Positions 1 to 7,582 of a stretch of 29,764 bases of DNA are shown one piece after another; positions within the stretch are counted from its first letter, which is position 1; each line of letters opens with the position of its first letter. The DNA is from Pseudomonadota bacterium (GTDB taxonomy: Bacteria > Bdellovibrionota_B > Oligoflexia > Oligoflexales > CAIYRB01): positions 1 to 29,764 of the forward strand of contig JANOTL010000214.1 of the NCBI GenBank assembly GCA_031416315.1, written 5' to 3'. Under the pieces are notes generated by a model. The model did not search any database. It saw only the letters and a list, made by a program, of their open reading frames with translations, and was not told where the DNA came from. The translations under genes were made by a program, and so were the position numbers.

Positions 1-48
1 CAGGATGGCGCCGATGACAAGGGCGGCGAGTCCGAGGGCTTTGGGCAT
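1..48 (-). CDS. 5' end of a secreted/membrane protein running off the window (MPKALGLAALVIGAIL...)
   Basis: Minus-strand ATG at 48 preceded by an AAAGGA RBS. The 16 visible codons form a hydrophobic, signal-like stretch. Confidence 0.55.
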   Translation of the reverse strand, partial: MPKALGLAALVIGAIL

Positions 49-170
49 TTGGCGTCCTTTTTTCTTGCACGGAACGGTGACGAAGCGCGAGAGCAATGGG
101 ACCTCTACGGCGCCGACGATTTCTTACTTTAGCGCATCAGCGGCTGCGCCGCTTGATCTGGACACTCGCA

Positions 171-1409
171 CTAGGAGACCGGCGCCCGTAGCCGCGCCAG
201 CGTCTCTTCATAGAGCGAAGACCGATGCCGATTCGCCGTGATTCCGGAGAAGCAGCGGTCGACGAACAGGTCGAGGCAACGCGCGAGCATGCCGATCGAG
301 TCCAAGACCAACGCTCCGGCGGCGCCTTCGAAGACGTTCAGATTCAGCTCGCCGTGCTCGAGCGAGGCTTTCACGGAGCGGTCGGCCCCTTCCACAAGAA
401 AACAACACTGGATCAGAGTCTCGGGCACGACCGGGTTCACCTTGCCCTTGAAGAAGGAGGAGCCTTCCTGCACCGCGGGCAAAGTAATCTCGCCGAAGCC
501 GGCTGAGGCCATCAGGCGCAGGTCTTTGCACATCTTGATCAGTGAGCCGCCAAGGAGCGAGAGGTTGGCGCTGACGGCTGCTAGCGAGTCGATGTTCTGC
601 GCGGCGTCGAACAGGTTCTCCGCGAGCGAGACGTCCCGTCCTGAAACATGGCGCAAGTGCTCGATGATCGACAGACGGTAGCTCTCCGACGCACCCTCGC
701 CCGAGCCGATGACCGTGCCGCCGAGGTTCAAGGAGCGCAGGCAGAAGATCGCCGCGCCGAGCTCGTGCTTGCGGCGGCCGATCATCGCGCCGATCGCCGA
801 GAAGCTGTCGCCGAGCAAGGTGGCCATGGCGTCCTGCATGCACGTGCGCGCGATCACCGAGACATCTCGGAATTCCACGGCTTTTTCCCAACTTGCCGCC
901 AGCAAACGGCCGAGGGCGGCGTCGAGCGCCTCCCAATGCATGAGAATTGCGAGGTTTTGCGCCGAATGGCAGACGTCGGCGGTCGATTGTGAGGCATTGA
1001 CGTGGAGCTTCGGATGGACCGGATCGTAGCTGCCGCAAGGATGCCCGACGCTCATGTTGGCGAGGTTGGCGATGACCTCGTTGACATTGACGTTGATCGC
1101 GATGCTGCCGCCGCCAGCAAACATGTCGGCGACGAATTGCTCGCGATGAAGGCCAGAACGCAGTTGGTCGCACGCTTCAGCAATCAGATCCCGGCGGGTC
1201 AAGTCGAGCACGCCCGAGCGATGGTTGGCGATCGCCGCGGCCTTTTTCACCAACGCGAGCGCTTCGATCATGACGGGAAAATCGGCGAGCCGCTTGCCGG
1301 AGAACGACATGTTGCTCAGGCAGCGCGCAGTGCGAGCGCCGTAAAGGGCGTTTGCTGGCAGCTCGACCTTACCTAAACTGTCTTCTTCGAAACGCGGCGG
1401 ACTCGTCAT
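171..1409 (-). CDS. Aspartate ammonia-lyase/class II fumarase superfamily lyase, divergent active site (412 aa)
   Basis: EEDSLG...ALYGART start, VNVNEVIAN, VHPKLHVNASQST, RTCMQDA, NLGGTVIG, KMCKDLRLMAS, signature GSSFFKGKVNPVVPE, GELNLNVFE. Start placed at ATG 1409 (MTSPPRF); the upstream part of the 582-aa ORF is antisense shadow of the ALDH. Confidence 0.88.
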   Translation of the reverse strand: MTSPPRFEEDSLGKVELPANALYGARTARCLSNMSFSGKRLADFPVMIEALALVKKAAAIANHRSGVLDLTRRDLIAEACDQLRSGLHREQFVADMFAGGGSIAINVNVNEVIANLANMSVGHPCGSYDPVHPKLHVNASQSTADVCHSAQNLAILMHWEALDAALGRLLAASWEKAVEFRDVSVIARTCMQDAMATLLGDSFSAIGAMIGRRKHELGAAIFCLRSLNLGGTVIGSGEGASESYRLSIIEHLRHVSGRDVSLAENLFDAAQNIDSLAAVSANLSLLGGSLIKMCKDLRLMASAGFGEITLPAVQEGSSFFKGKVNPVVPETLIQCCFLVEGADRSVKASLEHGELNLNVFEGAAGALVLDSIGMLARCLDLFVDRCFSGITANRHRSSLYEETLARLRAPVS

Positions 1410-1502
1410 AGCAAACGTTGCTAACAGTATCCGGTCGACATCGCCAGGCACATCACATACAAGTCGCCCTCGCACACGCAAAAAAGCAGAGGGCTCGGGT
1501 CT

Positions 1503-2975
1503 ATGGAAGCCGCAAGACGCGACTGGGCGATGAGCTGGGCGAGCTCGATCAAGACCTCCAGCGTCGAAGATGGCGCCGCCGGACCGCTCGTCGACACGAC
1601 GAATCCGGCCGACGGCAGCGTCATCGGCCGGATCCGCGAAGCCGGCCGCGAAACGGTCGACGCGGCGGTGGCTTCGGCGCGCGCCGGACTGGCGAGCGTC
1701 GCCTGGGCGTCCATGGCGCGACGCGAGCGCGGCGCGCGACTCCAGGCGATCGCCAGGCTCATCCGCGAGCATCATGCGGAGCTCGCGACGCTCGAGACGC
1801 TGGACAACGGCAAGCTCTATGTCGAGGCATGGGACGACGTCGCCGAGACCGCCGAAGTCTTCGACTATTATGCGGGCTGGGTCGACAAGCTCTACGGCGA
1901 AACGGTCCCCGTCGACCACGGTTACGTCAACTTTACGACGCGCTCTCCGATCGGCGTCTGCGCGTTGATCGTGCCGTGGAATTTTCCGCTACTCCTTTTG
2001 GCGTGGAAGTTGGCGCCGGCGTTGGCGATGGGAAACACTGTCGTCGCGAAGCCGGCGCTGGAAACGTCGCTGAGCACGGCGCGCCTGTGGGAAATCGTGG
2101 CGGCGGCGAAGATTATCCCGCCCGGCGTCTTCAACCTCGTGCTGGGCGGCGCCGAAACCGGCGAGCTTTTGAGCCGTCACCCCGAGATCGACAAGCTTTC
2201 CTTCACGGGCAGCACGGCGGTCGGCCGAAAGGTCGTGGCCGGCGCTGCGGGCAATCTCAAGCAGTTGAGCCTCGAGCTCGGCGGCAAGTCGGCGAACTTG
2301 ATCTTCGCCGATGCGCCCGATCTTTCTGCGGCGATCCTCCGCTCGTTCACGGCGATGTTCTCGCACAAAGGCGAAAAGTGCTCCGAGCCGACGCGGCTCT
2401 TGGTCGAGGCGCCGCACTACGAGGAGGTCGTTCAACGCCTCGCAGCGCTCGCCGAGGCCGTCGTCTGCGGCGACCCCTTCGATCCGCGCTCGACGCAAGG
2501 GCCGCAGTGCACCCAAGCACAACTGGAGAAATGCCTGCGTTACGTCGCCATAGGTCGCGACGAGGGCGCACGCCTCGTCGCCGGCGGCCGGCGCGACGAG
2601 GGCGCCGGTAACGCCCGCGGCTGGTTCATGCGTCCGACGATTTTCGCCGACGTCGCGAAGGCCTCGCGCTTGGCGCGCGACGAGATCTTCGGGCCCGTGC
2701 TCGTCGTGCAAAGATTCGCTACCGAGGACGAGGCCGTGGAAATGGCGAACGACACCGACTACGGCCTCGCCGCCGGCCTTTGGACCAGAGACGTCTCGCG
2801 CGCGCATCGCGTCGCCGAGCGCCTCGAGGCCGGCATGGTCTTCGTCAATCGCTACGGCTGCTATGACCTCGCCAGCCCCTTCGGCGGCTGGAAACAGAGT
2901 GGGTGGGGGCACGAGATGGGCCTGCATTCGCTCGCCGCCTATACGAAGCTGAAGTCCATCTGGATCAAATATTAG
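1503..2975 (+). CDS. NAD(P)+-dependent aldehyde dehydrogenase
   Basis: IVPWNFPL, VVAKPA, FTGSTAVG, LELGGKS (catalytic Glu), catalytic Cys in HKGEKCSEP, EIFGPV, YGLAAG, PFGGWKQSG. Start could be 1503 or 1530. Confidence 0.95.
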   Translation: MEAARRDWAMSWASSIKTSSVEDGAAGPLVDTTNPADGSVIGRIREAGRETVDAAVASARAGLASVAWASMARRERGARLQAIARLIREHHAELATLETLDNGKLYVEAWDDVAETAEVFDYYAGWVDKLYGETVPVDHGYVNFTTRSPIGVCALIVPWNFPLLLLAWKLAPALAMGNTVVAKPALETSLSTARLWEIVAAAKIIPPGVFNLVLGGAETGELLSRHPEIDKLSFTGSTAVGRKVVAGAAGNLKQLSLELGGKSANLIFADAPDLSAAILRSFTAMFSHKGEKCSEPTRLLVEAPHYEEVVQRLAALAEAVVCGDPFDPRSTQGPQCTQAQLEKCLRYVAIGRDEGARLVAGGRRDEGAGNARGWFMRPTIFADVAKASRLARDEIFGPVLVVQRFATEDEAVEMANDTDYGLAAGLWTRDVSRAHRVAERLEAGMVFVNRYGCYDLASPFGGWKQSGWGHEMGLHSLAAYTKLKSIWIKY

Positions 2976-2993
2976 GCTATCAGGAGCTTCCCC

Positions 2994-3839
2994 ATGCAGG
3001 TCCCAGGATTCGACGCGGCGGCCGCCTCTGCCTCCCGCCCGCGGCTCGGCTCGGCAAAGGAGCTGGTCGATCTCGAGCGTTACCCGCTTGATGATCTCGG
3101 CTCGCCGCGAGGCATGGCCTTGCTCGCGCTCTGCCGCGAGCAACTCGCCACGATGGGCGTCGTCATGCTGCCCGATTTCGTCACCGACGCGGCGCTGCGC
3201 ACGATGACGACGGAAGCGGCGCGCGTCGCGCCCCTCGCCTACCGTTCGGACGTCGTCGGCAATCCCTATCTTGAGCCGGTCGCCGCGGGTTTCCCCGACG
3301 ACCATCCGCAGAGCATGGTGGAGCGAACGACGCTCGGCGCGGTCGCCTACGACGAAATCCCCGAGGACTTCGCCTTACGGCGCCTCTATGAGTGGGACCA
3401 GATGCTCGTTTTCCTCGCCGCCGCGCTCGGCCAACCGGCGATTTTCCGCTACGCCGACACCTTGGGCGCGCTCAACCTCGCCGTCATGCTGCAAGACGAC
3501 TATCTGCGATGGCACTTCGATCAAACCGACTTCGTCGTGTCTTTGGCCCTGCAAGAAGCCGAAGCCGGCGGCGACTTCGAGTATGTGCCGATGATTCGGG
3601 GCGAAGGCCGCGAGAACTTCCCCAAGGTGCGCCAGGTCCTGCTCGGCGACGCCGCCTCGGTGCATCGGCTCCCGGTGACCCCTGGCGCGCTGATTCTGTT
3701 CGCTGGGCGCCACTCGCTGCATCGCGTGACGCCGATTCGTGGCGAGCGTCCCCGCCTGATGGCGCTCCTCGGCTATGACACGAGACCGGGCGTCGTGAGC
3801 TCGGAGCACTTACGTTACATGAGGTATGGCCGCTCATGA
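2994..3839 (+). CDS. Fe(II)/2-oxoglutarate oxygenase, BesD/HalD-like fold, hydroxylase-type HxD triad
   Basis: AGGAG RBS. WHFD (HxD), GGDFEY, PGALILF, HSLHRVTP (distal His) and a downstream R for 2OG binding. Stop overlaps the next start (ATGA). Confidence 0.8.
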   Translation: MQVPGFDAAAASASRPRLGSAKELVDLERYPLDDLGSPRGMALLALCREQLATMGVVMLPDFVTDAALRTMTTEAARVAPLAYRSDVVGNPYLEPVAAGFPDDHPQSMVERTTLGAVAYDEIPEDFALRRLYEWDQMLVFLAAALGQPAIFRYADTLGALNLAVMLQDDYLRWHFDQTDFVVSLALQEAEAGGDFEYVPMIRGEGRENFPKVRQVLLGDAASVHRLPVTPGALILFAGRHSLHRVTPIRGERPRLMALLGYDTRPGVVSSEHLRYMRYGRS

Positions 3840-4582
3840 TCCAACTCGAAGCCGTCGCAAAAAGTTACGGCAAAACGGTGGCCCTGCAGCCCCTAACCCT
3901 TGACGTGCCGCGGGGCGAGACGACCGTGCTCCTCGGACCGAGCGGCTGCGGCAAGTCGACGCTCCTACGCATTATCATCGGCTTGGTCGTGCCCGATTCC
4001 GGCCGGGTCCTGATCGACGGCCGGCCGCTGACGGCGGCGAGCCTCCTCGAGGAGCGCCGCCGCATGGGCTACGTCATTCAGGAAGGCGGCCTTTTCCCGC
4101 ATCTCACGGCCTACGACAACGCCTCTTTGGTGGCTCGGCACCTGGGCTGGAGCGAAGCGAAGATCGAGGCTCGCGTCGGCGAGCTGACGGCATTGACGCA
4201 GCTGCCGAGCGCTACGATGGAGCGCTTTCCCAGCGCCTTGTCCGGCGGCCAGCGCCAAAGAGTCAGCCTGATCCGCGCCTTGATGCTCGATCCCGACATT
4301 CTCCTGCTCGACGAGCCGCTCGGCGCTTTGGACCCGCTGATCCGGGCCGACCTGCAGGAAGACTTGCGGCGCATCTTCGCCGTTCTGCGCAAGACGGTCG
4401 TGATCGTGACGCACGACATCGGCGAAGCGGGCTTCCTCGGCGATGCCGTCGTAATGCTGCGCGACGGCCTTATCCTCCAACGCGGCGCGCTCGAGGAGCT
4501 CGTCAGGGCGCCGGCCGATCCCTTCGTGTCGCGCTTCATCGCGGCGCAGCGACTGCCAGCTTACGTACCCACCCTTTCGTGA
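3836..4582 (+). CDS. ABC transporter ATP-binding subunit, osmoprotectant (OpuBA/OsmV-like) class
   Basis: Walker A GPSGCGKST, MGYVIQEGGLFPH, LSGGQRQRV, Walker B LLLDEPLGALDP, VTHD. Confidence 0.95.
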   Translation: MIQLEAVAKSYGKTVALQPLTLDVPRGETTVLLGPSGCGKSTLLRIIIGLVVPDSGRVLIDGRPLTAASLLEERRRMGYVIQEGGLFPHLTAYDNASLVARHLGWSEAKIEARVGELTALTQLPSATMERFPSALSGGQRQRVSLIRALMLDPDILLLDEPLGALDPLIRADLQEDLRRIFAVLRKTVVIVTHDIGEAGFLGDAVVMLRDGLILQRGALEELVRAPADPFVSRFIAAQRLPAYVPTLS

Positions 4583-4602
4583 AGAATTTGGAGTGACCGA
4601 CG

Positions 4603-6123
4603 ATGGGAATGCGTTCTATCGCGCTCGTATGCGGGCTTTTCGGCTTTGGCCTCGGCGCGCGAGCCGGGGACGCGAGCGTCTCGGTCGGCTCGAAGCGCTT
4701 TACCGAAAGTGTGATCCTCGGTGAGATCGCGGCGGAAGCCGCTCGGACCCTGGGTCTCGCGGTCACCCACCAAAAGGAGCTGGGGGGGACGCAGCTCCTG
4801 TGGAAAGCCTTGCTCCGCGGCGACATCGACGTCTATCCGGACTATACCGGGACGATCATCGACGACACGCTCGCCGGCAAGAAGATCCCGGACTTCGGCG
4901 CGCTCGAGGCGGAGCTCGCCAAGCTCGGCGTCGGTGTCACCCGCCCCCTGGGCTTCAACAATACCTATGCGCTCGGCATGCCGCGTAAAATGGCAGAGGC
5001 GCTTCAGATCAAGACGATTTCCGCGCTCGCTCGGCATCCGGAGCTTCCATTCGGCTTCTCTCACGAGTTTCTCGACCGCGCCGAAGGCTGGGAGTCCGTG
5101 CGCAAGAAGTACGCGTTGCCGCAGCAAGGTGTGCAAGGCATCGAGCACGAGCTCGCTTACAAGGCGATCGCCGGCGGTCAGATCGCGGTGACCGACCTCT
5201 ATTCGACCGACGCGGAGATCGCCTATCACGACCTCGTGACGCTGGAAGACGACCTCCGCCACTTCCCGAGATACGACGCCGTCTTCCTGTACCGCCTGGA
5301 CGCTGCGGAAAAACATCCCGAGCTGATCGCGAAGCTCAGATCCCTCGCCGGCGAGATCCCGGAGAGCCGCATGATCGCGATGAACGCTCGCGCCAAAATT
5401 GAGAAGATCGGCGAAGCGCTCGTCGCCCAGGACTTCACCCGCGAGCTTTGGGGCGATGCCGCCAAGACGCCGAAAGCCGCCTCGGCGCGCGACGGCATGT
5501 GGGGGGAAATCTCCCGCCGCGCGAAAGAGCACCTGTTTTTGGTCCTCGTCTCGCTCATCGCCGCGGTCGTCGTGGCGTTGCCGCTCGGCGTCTTCGCCGC
5601 GCGCCGCCCGCGCGTCGGCCAAGTGATCCTGGCGATCTCGGGGATTTTCCAGACGATCCCGTCGCTGGCACTCCTGGTGTTTCTGATTCCGACCTTGGGA
5701 ATCGGCTCGCCGCCGGCGATCGCGGCGCTCTTCGTTTATAGCCTTCTTCCCGTCGTCCGCAACACTTACACCGGCCTGCGCAGCATTCCGGCGCCGTTGA
5801 TGGAGTCGGCCGCCGCGGTCGGCTTACCCGCCGGTGCCCGTCTGTGGCGCATCGAGCTGCCGCTCGCGGCGCGCTCGATTCTCGCTGGCATCAAGACGTC
5901 CGCCGTCATCAACGTCGGGACCGCGACTTTGGGCGCACTGATCGGCGCCGGGGGCTTCGGTCAACCGATTCTCGTCGGCATCCGTCGCGACGACTTCGGC
6001 TTGATCCTGCAGGGCGCGATCCCGGCGGCGGTTTTGGCGCTGCTGATGCAGGGGCTCTTCGAGGTCGCCGAACGCTTCGTCGTCTCGAAGGGCCTGCGGT
6101 ATGAAGCCAAGGGCCTGACTTGA
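4603..6123 (+). CDS. Fused glycine betaine/choline-family substrate-binding protein (N-terminal) and permease (C-terminal)
   Basis: Signal peptide; binding-domain motifs VGSKRFTESVILGE, GDIDVYPDYTGT, GFNNTYAL, FPRYDA; TM region with QTIPSLALL, EAA loop ESAAAVGL, IELPLA, GALIGAGGFG. Confidence 0.93.
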   Translation: MGMRSIALVCGLFGFGLGARAGDASVSVGSKRFTESVILGEIAAEAARTLGLAVTHQKELGGTQLLWKALLRGDIDVYPDYTGTIIDDTLAGKKIPDFGALEAELAKLGVGVTRPLGFNNTYALGMPRKMAEALQIKTISALARHPELPFGFSHEFLDRAEGWESVRKKYALPQQGVQGIEHELAYKAIAGGQIAVTDLYSTDAEIAYHDLVTLEDDLRHFPRYDAVFLYRLDAAEKHPELIAKLRSLAGEIPESRMIAMNARAKIEKIGEALVAQDFTRELWGDAAKTPKAASARDGMWGEISRRAKEHLFLVLVSLIAAVVVALPLGVFAARRPRVGQVILAISGIFQTIPSLALLVFLIPTLGIGSPPAIAALFVYSLLPVVRNTYTGLRSIPAPLMESAAAVGLPAGARLWRIELPLAARSILAGIKTSAVINVGTATLGALIGAGGFGQPILVGIRRDDFGLILQGAIPAAVLALLMQGLFEVAERFVVSKGLRYEAKGLT

Positions 6124-6137
6124 GCTGGACCGACGAA

Positions 6138-6869
6138 CTACCAAGCGTAGCCGATGCCGAGGTTCCCTTCCGGGATCGGACGCGTCGACAAGCGCGTCTC
6201 GGGCAGGTCGCGGATCATTTGCTCGTAGTCGGCGCGGGCGTTCGGGTCATTGCTGTCTACTGACACGGTGCGCTGGAAGTTCAGCGTGATGCTCGCTCCG
6301 AGGCTTAGGGTCAGCTTTTGCTCGAAGAAGGTCCAGCGATTGCCAAAGCCGCCGACCAAACCGTGGCGCACGTCACTGACGAAATCCGTCTCATCGCCCG
6401 GATCCGACGTTGGTAGGGTCACTGGAACTGCGTCCCCGGCACCGCCTTCTTCCGTGTGGCGGTTCGCATGGCTGCTGATGCGCGTATAGCTGTAGCCGCC
6501 TTTCACGAACCAGCCGTGCATCGCCCTCGGCCGCTCCCACCGCGTGATGTTCCACCGGAGGCGGATCGCGTCGAGCTTGTGGCGCTCGCCCGGCCAGAAG
6601 TCTTCGCGGCGATAGGACGCGGTCGGCTCCGACGGTCCATGGACGTTGAACGTCCCCGTCCATATCTCGGGGCCCGTCGACACGACGTCTTTGGCGTTGA
6701 AGTCGGCGAGCGCGCCCCATTTGCTGGTCGCGACGTCGTTGATGTTGTGCTCGAACGACGCCGAGGTCGGGGCCACCGGGTCGAGCTCGGCAACGATGTT
6801 CCTGGCGATCTCTGCAGCCTGAGCGGTGCCGGCAATGACGATCGTTAGAGTGGCGATGATTGTACGCAT
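6138..6869 (-). CDS. Putative outer-membrane beta-barrel protein (243 aa)
   Basis: AGGAG-containing RBS before ATG 6869; signal peptide MRTIIATLTIVIAGTAQA; amphipathic strands (WFVKGGYSY, LTLSLGASITLNF); C-terminal beta-signal NLGIGYAW. Confidence 0.7.
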   Translation of the reverse strand: MRTIIATLTIVIAGTAQAAEIARNIVAELDPVAPTSASFEHNINDVATSKWGALADFNAKDVVSTGPEIWTGTFNVHGPSEPTASYRREDFWPGERHKLDAIRLRWNITRWERPRAMHGWFVKGGYSYTRISSHANRHTEEGGAGDAVPVTLPTSDPGDETDFVSDVRHGLVGGFGNRWTFFEQKLTLSLGASITLNFQRTVSVDSNDPNARADYEQMIRDLPETRLSTRPIPEGNLGIGYAW

Positions 6870-6927
6870 GCGGCCTCTTCTCCTCTTCAATGACGTGATC
6901 TGTGACCAGATCAAAGGTCTGGGAGAT

Positions 6928-6954
6928 CGATCGGTCGGCTCAGATTCAGCTTGA
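6928..6954 (-). promoter_or_regulatory. Putative sigma28 (FliA)-type promoter
   Basis: Minus strand TCAA-N15-ACCGATCG, versus consensus TAAA-N15-GCCGATAA, ~60 bp upstream of the barrel gene. Confidence 0.45.
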
Positions 6955-7103
6955 GGCGGCGATGTTGGTGTCTTGCCAAAAAGACTTTGTGAAACGTGGA
7001 TTTTTGAGACAGGACACTAACGGCCGCGGAGCGTCGCGGCCCTTAGGGGACTACGGCGCTGTCGGGGAGAGCCGGCCGCATAGAGCCGCCTTCAAGGCGG
7101 CGT

Positions 7104-7403
7104 GTGCACGAAACCGTGGCCAAGCAGCTCGCAAGGGAACGGATTAGGCGCAGGCAAATTCGCTGGTCGATCGCGGAAGAATTCGTCGTCGTGCAGGACA
7201 TCAACGTCAGACCGAGAGTCGGCACGTTCGCCGCCTGCTTCGGCGGCGCATCGGCCTGGCCGGCACCGACGCTGATCGCCGACGGTAGCGACTCGGTGTG
7301 GGGGCTTTACCTCGAGCGCGGCGGATTTATGGACGGGCGCGGCGAGCCGCTGACCTGGCCGAACGGGTCGGAGGCGCTCGTCTACTTCGAGCCGCTCCCC
7401 TGA
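7104..7403 (+). CDS. Small hypothetical protein (99 aa)
   Basis: GTG start with AAGGCGG upstream; protein-like composition; fills the gap between 6869 and 7583. No family recognised. Confidence 0.55.
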   Translation: MHETVAKQLARERIRRRQIRWSIAEEFVVVQDINVRPRVGTFAACFGGASAWPAPTLIADGSDSVWGLYLERGGFMDGRGEPLTWPNGSEALVYFEPLP

Positions 7404-7582
7404 CGTGACCTTGGTCACGTACGGGAGCGTCGAGCGCGACGGTAGGGACGCCGACCATCTTCCATTGGCCAGTTGGCCCTTCAGTACGCTAGGTTAGCGG
7501 TGATGGCGTTGCCGCCGTCGGGTCTGGCACGCGCGCGTCGAGTCTCCGACGCAAACGCCCGCCAGAAGCTCGTGGGGGTGCC

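Noticed and set aside
1410..1919. 170-aa N-terminal extension of the lyase ORF
   Set aside because: It is antisense to the ALDH; family similarity starts at MTSPPRFEEDSLG.
2994..3839. Radical halogenase
   Set aside because: The iron motif is HFD with the carboxylate retained, not HxG/A.
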